From NCBI GenBank assembly GCA_016931155.1, contig JAFGFJ010000005.1:1547-65546 (forward strand): 64,000 nucleotides of DNA, given 5' to 3'. The notes under the pieces were generated by a model. The model made no database searches. It was not told where the DNA came from and was given only the letters and a program-made list of their open reading frames with translations. The position numbers and the translations under genes were made by a program. How positions within the stretch are numbered: position 1 is the first letter of the stretch; each line of letters opens with the position of its first letter. Source of the DNA: Candidatus Dojkabacteria bacterium (GTDB lineage Bacteria; Patescibacteriota; Dojkabacteria; B142; JAFGFJ01). Positions 56,096-64,000 of this stretch are shown in pieces.

Positions 56096-57377
56096 ACCTG
56101 AGGGCATCAACGGGATTTAGTCTACTTGCCCTTAAAGCAGGATAAAGACCTGCAAGTATTCCTATGATGGTTGATAGAATAATCGGTGCTGTCATTAACC
56201 ATACCGGTGTAGTAAAAACATTATCAATATCAATGTTTTGTGCCGGGAAAACGTACTTAAGTAATATAAACTCAACAAGTCCTGTAAAAGCAAGGCTTCC
56301 CAGCAGACCCATTACTCCTCCAACAAAGCCAATCATAGCCGACTCTGAAAGAAAGATGTTTCTTATATCCCCCCTGCTTGCTCCGATTGCTTTCATTACT
56401 CCAATTTCTCTAGTGCGTTCATAAACTGACATTATCATAGTATTTACTATCCCAACTGAGGCAACAATAAGTGCTATTACGCCAAACATAGAAAACACTA
56501 CCTGAACAATCCCAATAACTGAACCAAATAAATCCAGAAGCTCACCAACTGTCATTGCGTCGAATCCCATCTCCTTTATTTTGCTGGCAATCTCATCTAC
56601 TACTTCTTCACTGCTGGCACTCAGATATACCTGATCATAGCCTATCTCACTTAGATACTCGTCAGATGAACTAAAGCCACCTCTTATTGCCTGCATCTCA
56701 GCTGCACTTGCTACAGAAGTAACAAATTCATTCTGATCCTTACCCACATCAATAACTCCAACTACTGTGAAGGTATATACTTCTCCCTTGTCTTTTACCT
56801 TTGAAGAAAAAAAGGATGATGGATCATCTTCTATCGTAACCTTTTTGCCAATAAGCTCATCACTTGAAATACCATAAGCATCACTGATTTTATTTGAAAG
56901 TAGAACCTCTCTGGATGCGAGGTCTTTTACCTCACCAGCAAGAATATCCTGTATATATCTGTCCTCCTCATCAAGGTTAAACCCTGATCCAAAAATACCC
57001 TTAATTGGTTTTTCCTGTCCTTCAATCTTTAGTGTTTTGCCGCTAAGTAATATAATTGGTTGTACTTTTACAACGTTATTCAAGTTCTCCAGGTCATCTA
57101 TTGCATCTGGAGTTACCGGCTTAACTTCTTCTTCCTCAACACTTGGAACTGCAACGGTAAATTGCATAGAACCTTTTGGACCAACCATAACATTCTTCAT
57201 ATCAAATGCGTCAGTAAACTGACTTCGTAAGAGCTCTTCACCCCCTACTGCACCTGAAACCATAGTGATAATAAGAAAAACTCCAATGAAAACAGCAAGA
57301 CTTGTTAGAAAAGTTCTCATTCTTTGCCTGACAAGTCCTCTGAAAGCGATTTTAAAAAGAGAGAATCCTTTTATCAT
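56088..57377 (-). CDS. MacB/FtsX-type ABC transporter permease
   Basis: RT.LT.L...IGV, large extracytoplasmic loop, GI.NTM..SV.ERTREIG.MKAIGA, YPA.RA..L.PV.ALR.E. Confidence 0.92.
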   Translation of the reverse strand: MIKGFSLFKIAFRGLVRQRMRTFLTSLAVFIGVFLIITMVSGAVGGEELLRSQFTDAFDMKNVMVGPKGSMQFTVAVPSVEEEEVKPVTPDAIDDLENLNNVVKVQPIILLSGKTLKIEGQEKPIKGIFGSGFNLDEEDRYIQDILAGEVKDLASREVLLSNKISDAYGISSDELIGKKVTIEDDPSSFFSSKVKDKGEVYTFTVVGVIDVGKDQNEFVTSVASAAEMQAIRGGFSSSDEYLSEIGYDQVYLSASSEEVVDEIASKIKEMGFDAMTVGELLDLFGSVIGIVQVVFSMFGVIALIVASVGIVNTMIMSVYERTREIGVMKAIGASRGDIRNIFLSESAMIGFVGGVMGLLGSLAFTGLVEFILLKYVFPAQNIDIDNVFTTPVWLMTAPIILSTIIGILAGLYPALRASRLNPVDALRYE

Positions 57378-57396
57378 ATTAATAATATTTCCAGTA

Positions 57397-58104
57397 CTAA
57401 TCTAAATATTTTGAACTGCTTTTCTTCCTTCCTTTGATTTCTTTTTGAATTTTTCCATCAAGTATATAAATTACTCTGGAAGCCTTTTCTGCAATTCTAT
57501 CATCGTGAGTCACAACAATAAAAGTTATTTTTTCCTTTTCTGAAAGATCTTGTAACAACTTAATTATTTTCTTCCCTGTATGACTATCAAGATTTCCTGT
57601 AGGCTCATCTGCTAGAAGAATAGAGGGTTCATTTACAAGTGAACGTGCTATCGACACTCGCTGTCTTTGACCACCTGAAAGTTGACCAGGTCTGTGACCA
57701 ATTCTGTCTCCAAGTCCGACTTTCTCCAAAGCTTTTTCAGCTCTTTGTTTTGCTTCTTTTCCATTCGTTCCAGAAAAGATAAGTGGCAGTGCGACATTCT
57801 CAGCAGCAGTAAGGTTGGGTTGCAAATTGAAAGTTTGAAATACAAAACCTATGGTCTTATTTCTATACTTCGAAAGTTCTTTATCATTCATCTTACTAAT
57901 GTCACTGTCGCCAACAATAATAGAGCCTTCATCAAGCTTGTCTATTCCTCCTATGCAATGCATAAGTGTGGTTTTACCGGATCCTGAGGGACCCACTACC
58001 GCAACAAATTCTCCATCAGCTATTTTCAGATCAACACCGTCCAAAGCTTTGACAGTCTCCCCCCCGAGTTTATAGTGCTTTTGTGCGCTTACAATCTTTA
58101 TCAT
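57397..58104 (-). CDS. ABC transporter ATP-binding protein (LolD/MacB-like)
   Basis: GPSGSGKTT, IGFVFQ.FNL, LSGGQRQRV, ADEPTGNLD, VTHD. Confidence 0.95.
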   Translation of the reverse strand: MIKIVSAQKHYKLGGETVKALDGVDLKIADGEFVAVVGPSGSGKTTLMHCIGGIDKLDEGSIIVGDSDISKMNDKELSKYRNKTIGFVFQTFNLQPNLTAAENVALPLIFSGTNGKEAKQRAEKALEKVGLGDRIGHRPGQLSGGQRQRVSIARSLVNEPSILLADEPTGNLDSHTGKKIIKLLQDLSEKEKITFIVVTHDDRIAEKASRVIYILDGKIQKEIKGRKKSSSKYLD

Positions 58105-58126
58105 ATATATGTTCTATTATTGTGAT

Positions 58127-59542
58127 TTAATCATTTTTGCTGTTAGGATCAATCGGTTCAAGGTCAGTCTTTCCTATCCTGTCTTCTTCTGCCACCCTAT
58201 GTACTTTACCATAACTGTCAATACGGGTATTTTCACTGTTCCCAACAGTTGTTTCATTCGAAGCAACATCAGTAATCTCTGGATTTATACTATCCCGTAC
58301 TACTTCTCCAACACCTGCTGATATTTCAACCTTTTTTTTCTTGCTTTTTTTGATTAAATAATAAACCCCAAATACAACTATAATTACTGATCCGGCAATC
58401 AAAATAATTGCCAATGTTGATATTGTACTGGATTCTTCGGATTCTTCTGCTAATGATCCTCCTTTGAAAATGGTTTCAAACTCAACTTCTGCCGTCTCAC
58501 CATTCTTTGAAGATGCAATTATTCTGAAGGAATTTTCTTCTTCTTCAAGGTTATATGAGAAGACAAATGTTCCATCGTCCTCTGGCTCCAGCTCCTCCAA
58601 AATTCTTTCTTCACCAAGATATATATCAATTAAGCTATCAAGATCGTCAACCTCACCTTGAATAGTGAAAGTGGGTTCCATCGTGCTTTCAGGAGCCTCT
58701 ATCTTTAGAGTTGGTTTAAATGCATAGTTGGAAAATCCAGCAACATCAAACGTCAGTATTTGATTACTATACATGATATTGGTTACTTTTGTAGTAACGC
58801 TTCCATCCTCTACAATTGTAGGATTAGATCCACTAACAAGATTCATTCCTCTCATTGTAATTTTTGCTTTTTTATTAAGCTCCGGCAGTGCATCTGAATC
58901 CAAAATAACTCTTCCAGTTTCAGAAATTGAAACATATCTATCCAGCTGTGCAAACTTTTCAGCAAAAGAATTGTCAGATAGGTTTACTTCTTGAAGAAAA
59001 ACTATCTTATTTGCAGTTGGGTCATCAAGGGTAAAATTTTTGACTGCAGGAACCTCACTGATTTTTATATTTCTCAAAATTGTAGAAGTACTTCCAACCT
59101 TTGTAAAAGAAGAAGGCATAGTCACATCCAATATTTTGTAGTTAACTTCCTCAGCCGTTTCCTTTTTTACTAAACGAAAAATAATTGTTTCAGAGTCATT
59201 TGTGTCGGTAATTTCAACACTTTTTGAGGTTCCCTCACCAGGTTTCATTATCCAACTGGAACTGGATGGAATAGTCACTGTGGCTGTATACTCGCCATTT
59301 TCTTCGATGTCGTCAAATACTGCCGATCCATTTGTCTTTGATGAGGATACTGTACTTGAGTATCCATCTGAACCGATTAGAGTAACATTTATAGCAGGCA
59401 CTCCATTACCATTCTCGTCTTTTATCAAAACAGTAATTACTTTATTCTCAAGAGCAGAGACAACTCCCGAAATACTCAATAAAACAAGCAGTACAGATGT
59501 AAAAAGAGCAAATAATCCCCTGAAATTTTTCATTTCGTCCAA
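58127..59542 (-). CDS. Surface protein with signal peptide, Ig-like/beta-sandwich domains and C-terminal TM anchor
   Basis: Hydrophobic N-terminus, Ser/Thr-rich beta-type segments (KDENG.GV...VTL), TM followed by KKSKKKK stop-transfer. Confidence 0.7.
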   Translation of the reverse strand: MDEMKNFRGLFALFTSVLLVLLSISGVVSALENKVITVLIKDENGNGVPAINVTLIGSDGYSSTVSSSKTNGSAVFDDIEENGEYTATVTIPSSSSWIMKPGEGTSKSVEITDTNDSETIIFRLVKKETAEEVNYKILDVTMPSSFTKVGSTSTILRNIKISEVPAVKNFTLDDPTANKIVFLQEVNLSDNSFAEKFAQLDRYVSISETGRVILDSDALPELNKKAKITMRGMNLVSGSNPTIVEDGSVTTKVTNIMYSNQILTFDVAGFSNYAFKPTLKIEAPESTMEPTFTIQGEVDDLDSLIDIYLGEERILEELEPEDDGTFVFSYNLEEEENSFRIIASSKNGETAEVEFETIFKGGSLAEESEESSTISTLAIILIAGSVIIVVFGVYYLIKKSKKKKVEISAGVGEVVRDSINPEITDVASNETTVGNSENTRIDSYGKVHRVAEEDRIGKTDLEPIDPNSKND

Positions 59543-59557
59543 TATTTTTATATTATC

Positions 59558-60745
59558 CTACCTGCCTATCCTACTATACTTGCTGATGTTGAGCAATATT
59601 CCAATCGCAACAAGCGTAACGATCATGGAACTCCCTCCATAACTTATAAAAGGAAGTGGTATTCCTGTCAAAGGAATAAGACCAACATTTGCTGAAATAT
59701 TTAAAAATGCCTGAAGTCCTATCCAGAATATTATTCCTGAAGCAAGAAGTGCACCGAGAGAATCAGGAGCTGACCTGGCTATCCCGAGTCCTCTTAAAAT
59801 GAAAATTAGAAAAATTAACACAAGAATGATACTTCCAAAGAGTCCAAATTCTTCTGCAAAGATTGCAAAAATAGTATCAGTAAAAGAAGAAATACCAAGA
59901 TAAAAGAACTTCTGTCTTGACTCTCCAAAACCGACCCCGAACAATCCACCTGAGCCGACAGCAATTAGTATCTGACTTAACTGGTAACCTGACCCGGTTG
60001 GATCGGGCACCTCACCAGTCTGAAGAAACTTCAGGTATGTAAGTATTCTCTGCAACCTGTATGGTGCCAGTACAGCTGCAAAAACACCAACAACTGCCAT
60101 AGTAATAATAATTGCAATAGATCCAACAGAATGAAGCAAATCCTTACCCGAAATGAAATAAATAACAAGAGCAATAGCACCCACTATTGCGGTTGTCGCC
60201 AGGTCTTTTCCTGCAAGGATCAGTGAAGTTATAACAAGTAAAAGTATAAGAAAAGGCATTAAACTATGCACAATATAGTTTTTTAAAGCACTATCATATT
60301 TACTGCCAGTGTTCTTTTGCTTTGATAACCAGGAAGCAAGATATATTGTAAAAACAAGTTTTGCAAGCTCAGAGGGCTGCAAGGTAAAGAATCCAAAATC
60401 CAGCCAGCGTTTGGAGCCATGAGTTGCAGTTCCCACTATCAGTACCAGTACAAGAAGGAAAATAGTGATTATTATTCCAATTGGGATAATTTTTGGATAC
60501 TCATGATAATCAATCCTGTAGGCAATATAGCCTGCAATTATACCCAGCACTATCCAGACTACCTGTTGTTTGAAAAAATGAAAGGAGTCATTAAAGGGTT
60601 CTGAAGAGGCAACAATTGCACTTGAATCATAGACAAGAATCAGGCCAAAAAACAAAAGGAATGCTGTAATTCCAAGGATAAGTTTGTCAGGCTGCCTGCT
60701 ATCACCAAGAAGCTTAAATTTTCTACCTGCTCTTTTTTTTGGCAA
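59558..60745 (-). CDS. ftsW: SEDS peptidoglycan glycosyltransferase FtsW
   Basis: G..RW+..G.F..QPSE.AK, YR..R, GYQ..Q...A.GSGG.FG.G.G.S.QK, TD.IFA+.AEE.G, P.TG.PLPFISYGGSS; TTG start. Confidence 0.9.
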   Translation of the reverse strand: MPKKRAGRKFKLLGDSRQPDKLILGITAFLLFFGLILVYDSSAIVASSEPFNDSFHFFKQQVVWIVLGIIAGYIAYRIDYHEYPKIIPIGIIITIFLLVLVLIVGTATHGSKRWLDFGFFTLQPSELAKLVFTIYLASWLSKQKNTGSKYDSALKNYIVHSLMPFLILLLVITSLILAGKDLATTAIVGAIALVIYFISGKDLLHSVGSIAIIITMAVVGVFAAVLAPYRLQRILTYLKFLQTGEVPDPTGSGYQLSQILIAVGSGGLFGVGFGESRQKFFYLGISSFTDTIFAIFAEEFGLFGSIILVLIFLIFILRGLGIARSAPDSLGALLASGIIFWIGLQAFLNISANVGLIPLTGIPLPFISYGGSSMIVTLVAIGILLNISKYSRIGR

Positions 60746-60786
60746 TCCTAAAAATAGTTAACGCAACTGTATAGTATAATACACTA

Positions 60787-61089
60787 ATGGTTCGGAATAA
60801 ATACTGCAAAAACAAAATACATTCGAGGATTAAGAGGCAAAATCGGACTTCAAAGAGTAAGAACTTTACGAAGATTAAAAAAAACACGATTATCTCAGAA
60901 TTGGCAGAAAAATATCCTGAAATAGTTAATTTTCTTGCGTGTGAATATAACTTTCATTGTGCCGGCTGTTCATTTGCAAAATTTGAAGAGCTTGGTAACG
61001 CTGCAAAGGTTCATGGAGTTGAAGGAAAAGACTTTGAAGAAATGCTTGTGATAATCAACGAAATGGCTAAAGAACATGGCAATTTATAA
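60787..61089 (+). CDS. DUF1858-domain (redox CxxC) protein
   Basis: I.E...KYPE....L.....HCAGC..A..E.L...A.VHG pattern. Confidence 0.75.
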   Translation: MVRNKYCKNKIHSRIKRQNRTSKSKNFTKIKKNTIISELAEKYPEIVNFLACEYNFHCAGCSFAKFEELGNAAKVHGVEGKDFEEMLVIINEMAKEHGNL

Positions 61090-61810
61090 GGACATTGGCA
61101 TAATTTTTAAAATAAAGGATTTTTCTGAGGCTGACAAATTGATATCTATTCTTGGTAAGAAGAACGGCAGGATTGATGCAATTGTGAAAGGAGCAAGAAG
61201 ACCAGTTAGTAGAAAGACTGGAAGTATTGATCTATTTAATAAGGCAAAATTTGCATTTGCCGAAGGAAGAAATCTCGATATTCTCACAGAGGTAGAGCTT
61301 CTTGATTCTTATGAAAAAAGTAAAGAGAGTCTGGCAACATCAAAATATTTATTTTATTTTGCTGAACTAATTGATATATTTTTTCCGGAGGTGAGTCAGG
61401 GAAGTGATATTTTTAGTTATATATCAGAAATACTTACACTTCTAAATAATGATAATAAAGCCAAACTAGCAATATCGTTTGAATTGAAGCTTCTCTCAAT
61501 CAACGGATTTGGACCTAACCTTGAAACTTGCAACCTGTGTGGTGAAAAGATAGTAGAAAAAGTTCAAAGGGTAGCACATACAGGAAGCGAAATAGGATTT
61601 ATATGTAGAAGACATTTGAAAAGAAAGAATTGTTCACAAATTAGTGACAGAGTTTTCAAAATTATAAAATTCTTCTCAAGAAAAAGCCTGGATGATGTTC
61701 TGAATCTCAAACTTGAGGAAAATGACCAACAGATTATCGAAAAATTGAATAAGCTTTGGATTCAAAGTATAATTGGTAAACAGATCAAATCATATAAATT
61801 TTTAAAATAA
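61076..61810 (+). CDS. recO: DNA repair protein RecO
   Basis: G+I....DF.EAD+.+.I....G.+....KG.R; FELKLL...GF.P.L..C..C Zn finger. Confidence 0.92.
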   Translation: MAIYKDIGIIFKIKDFSEADKLISILGKKNGRIDAIVKGARRPVSRKTGSIDLFNKAKFAFAEGRNLDILTEVELLDSYEKSKESLATSKYLFYFAELIDIFFPEVSQGSDIFSYISEILTLLNNDNKAKLAISFELKLLSINGFGPNLETCNLCGEKIVEKVQRVAHTGSEIGFICRRHLKRKNCSQISDRVFKIIKFFSRKSLDDVLNLKLEENDQQIIEKLNKLWIQSIIGKQIKSYKFLK

Positions 61811-61814
61811 TTCT

Positions 61815-62744
61815 ATGAACGACAAAATAAGTTTAAGAAAGGCCTGGGTTACTTTTAGTTCCAATCCTGATAAGTGGAAATTTTTGCTCACATGGTTTGC
61901 TTTATATGCTGTAATCTTTGGTATTTCTTTACTAATAAATATTGTAATAGTTATTCCAATAATTGGGGTATTTTTGATGTGTATATTGGTTCCAGTTTTA
62001 ATAGTAGTTGAGTTTGCAGCAACATTTTTTATTTTGGGATATATTTATGAAATTACTGACAGTACAAGACTTGGAGAGGTGAAACTACCCAAAATACTTA
62101 CCAGCTATAAGGAAAGGCTAACCTTTGGAGCAAAAATTTTTCTTGTTTCTTTTATCTATAATTTACCTTCAGTCGTAATAGCCACAGTGCTTTATATAGT
62201 GTTTGTTTTTGGAATATTCACACTTGGTGCGACAGTAAACAGCGAACCTTTCGTACAATCTCAAAGCTGGAATTCTACTACTTCTACCCTTCAGTTGGTA
62301 GTATTGGTAACTATTGGGCTGATTTCTGTCCTTCTGGTTACATTTTTGTTTGTAATAAACAAATTTCTCGTTGATTCAGCTGTTTACAAATTTCTTGTTT
62401 CAAAAAGAGATCTGAGTAAGGGTTTCAAGTTTAGTTCTGTTTTTCAGATTTTTAAGAATGGAATTAGAGAGAATCTTTTACTATTTTGGAAAAATCTTAT
62501 TCTCGGAGTAATAGTAACTGTAATTACAATTGTATTATTATCTCCAGCAGCGGTACTATTTATCTTTTCGGTAAGCTCTGATTCAGAAATCTCTTCAATA
62601 CTCGGAATATCATCGCTTTGTTTTTATGGACTGGGGATTCTGGCTCTTTATGTTGTATTAACTCCAGTAACCTATTACATTTATCCTCATCTGGTTGGTC
62701 AGATATATGCAATCTGGGATAAAAAAGGTCTGGACAAGGTATGA
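61815..62744 (+). CDS. Membrane protein (DUF4013-like)
   Basis: Multi-TM; IPIIG...GY......R......LP.......G.K..+....Y.LP pattern. Confidence 0.6.
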   Translation: MNDKISLRKAWVTFSSNPDKWKFLLTWFALYAVIFGISLLINIVIVIPIIGVFLMCILVPVLIVVEFAATFFILGYIYEITDSTRLGEVKLPKILTSYKERLTFGAKIFLVSFIYNLPSVVIATVLYIVFVFGIFTLGATVNSEPFVQSQSWNSTTSTLQLVVLVTIGLISVLLVTFLFVINKFLVDSAVYKFLVSKRDLSKGFKFSSVFQIFKNGIRENLLLFWKNLILGVIVTVITIVLLSPAAVLFIFSVSSDSEISSILGISSLCFYGLGILALYVVLTPVTYYIYPHLVGQIYAIWDKKGLDKV

Positions 62745-62840
62745 TAGAACACTTACTGCTGGGGTTGTAAATAATATGTGACGTGCAATTTTACAAATTC
62801 CGGGCTTTTTAGAAGTTTTTCTAATGGGCTGTCTCAGCGT

Positions 62841-62918
62841 CGGGGCGTAGTTCAGTTGGATTAGAATGCACGCATGGGGTGCGTGAGGTCGCCGGTTCGA
62901 GTCCGGCCGCTCCGACCA
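62841..62918 (+). tRNA. tRNA-Pro (anticodon GGG)
   Basis: Acceptor CGGGGCG/CGCTCCG, anticodon stem CACGC/GCGTG with loop ATGGGGT, T-loop GGTTCGAGTCC, encoded CCA end. Confidence 0.96.
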
Positions 62919-63148
62919 GACAATGGTGGTGTCCAAAAGTGGCAATTAGAAGTCAAAAGAACGCTGGTAAAATAACATTTGGTTTTTTAGTATTGTTCAG
63001 AGGTATTTTCCCATTTAAACGTTTAAATTTTCCTTTAAAATCGTTTAGTTTTATGTGCTTTTTTGTCAGGTACTTGACAAAAAAAGAAAAAACAACAAAT
63101 ATCTTGATACTATTCAAAATAAATAATTTGGGGTCAAGTAGAATTTAT

Positions 63149-64000
63149 ATGAAAACTTTTTTTGAGAAAAAACCAATTTTATGTTATGTAATTATTGCCT
63201 TTCTTTTTACTTGGACATTTCAAGTAATAGGTATATTTTTGTTGCATGGTGATTATAAGTTAAATAAAACTTTTTTGATCCTGTTAAACATTTCTTCTTT
63301 TGGTCCGTTCCTGTCTGCAATAATTACTACGTTCTTTGTGTCTGGACGTAAAGGATTGGTTGAATTATTTCAAAGGACAATAAAAGTAAAAATTAACTGG
63401 CTGGTTTATGTTGCTGCATTCTTCGTTTTTCCTCTGGTACTTTTCTTGATATATACGCTATTTGGGTTGCGAGTTGAAGATAATGAGACTGTTATGGTTT
63501 TTTTGACACTAGTGATTGCTATACCTATCAATTCTTTTGTTGTTTCGGTAATAATCGGAATTGGACCATTGGGTGAAGAAATCGGATGGCGTGGTTTTTT
63601 ACTTCCCAAATTACTGAAGAAATATGGAGATTATAAAAGTAGCCTTATCTTAGGTTTAGTGTGGGCTTTTTGGCATTTACCGCTGTTTCTTTTTTCGGAG
63701 TTTAGGGGAGATATTCCTATTTGGATGGCCTTATTTTTGTATCCTTTCGGTACTATATGTCTCGCATATATAATGACGAAATTGCATCGTTGGTCAGGTG
63801 GAAGTATATTTCTGGCAATTTTGTTTCATGGAGTTGTAAATTACGCAATGGATTCGAAAGAGTTTTGGGATTTAGACAAAGTTTCACAGATAAAGTACGT
63901 TTTATTAGGGTATTTAGTAATGCTTACTACGGCTGCAATTTTCTGGGGAGTGGATCTAATTAAAAAAAGGTATTTAATAAAAAATAGAATAGCAATTTCT
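63149..64000 (+). CDS. CPBP-family (Abi/CAAX) intramembrane glutamic protease, partial (runs off window end)
   Basis: Translated by hand from ATG 63149: GEEIGWRG, WAFWH, HGVVN motifs; no stop before 64000, so missing from the ORF track. Confidence 0.9.
   Translation, partial: MKTFFEKKPILCYVIIAFLFTWTFQVIGIFLLHGDYKLNKTFLILLNISSFGPFLSAIITTFFVSGRKGLVELFQRTIKVKINWLVYVAAFFVFPLVLFLIYTLFGLRVEDNETVMVFLTLVIAIPINSFVVSVIIGIGPLGEEIGWRGFLLPKLLKKYGDYKSSLILGLVWAFWHLPLFLFSEFRGDIPIWMALFLYPFGTICLAYIMTKLHRWSGGSIFLAILFHGVVNYAMDSKEFWDLDKVSQIKYVLLGYLVMLTTAAIFWGVDLIKKRYLIKNRIAIS

Noticed and set aside
14282-59642. Numerous 60-190 aa antisense ORFs (e.g. 14282-14854, 32082-32648, 59202-59642)
   Set aside because: They lie opposite well-supported genes and show no motifs; treated as shadow ORFs.
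62658-62945. 95-aa minus-strand ORF
   Set aside because: It is the antisense reading of the tRNA-Pro gene (WSERPDSNRRP is a typical tRNA shadow).
1-64000. Alternative genetic code (TGA=Gly, code 25) as in Gracilibacteria/Absconditabacteria
   Set aside because: Conserved genes are full length under code 11, and TGA terminates genes at the expected ends (e.g. gnd, folA, uvrB).
62841-64000. Integrated element at tRNA-Pro
   Set aside because: No integrase and no duplicated tRNA 3' end were seen within the window; cannot be excluded beyond the edge.

Overview
AT-rich, gene-dense bacterial chromosome segment using the standard code 11 with frequent TTG/GTG starts. Gene content and compaction suggest a Patescibacteria/CPR genome (Dojkabacteria-like; inference only). 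Most of the window is housekeeping: zwf/gnd, pth, gatA/gatC, rplU/rpmA, rodA, truB, ftsEX+M23, thyA/folA, prfB, rpsT, uvrB, tgt, rsmA, murT/gatD, dnaE, murG, ftsW, recO and tRNA-Pro(GGG). It also has a small defence island (Type IIG R-M, Mrr, DUF3892) and a heliorhodopsin. The best candidate for an undescribed system is at 24979-30383: a short-chain polyprenyl synthase divergent from an unannotated 37-aa peptide ending in -W-G-W (perfect Shine-Dalgarno), then a multi-TM histidine kinase, a fused class II terpene cyclase / class I prenyltransferase-like enzyme and an OmpR-type regulator. An identical 12-bp box lies upstream of both the peptide and the regulator. This resembles a ComQXPA-like quorum-sensing circuit, possibly with a cyclised-terpene-modified peptide signal. 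A second peptide-centred locus (NHLP-clan leader peptide, Zn-finger protein, RRE-M50 protease) is interrupted by a large degenerate sAC-like tandem nucleotidyl cyclase gene. All assignments come from reading motifs by eye; no database searches were run.
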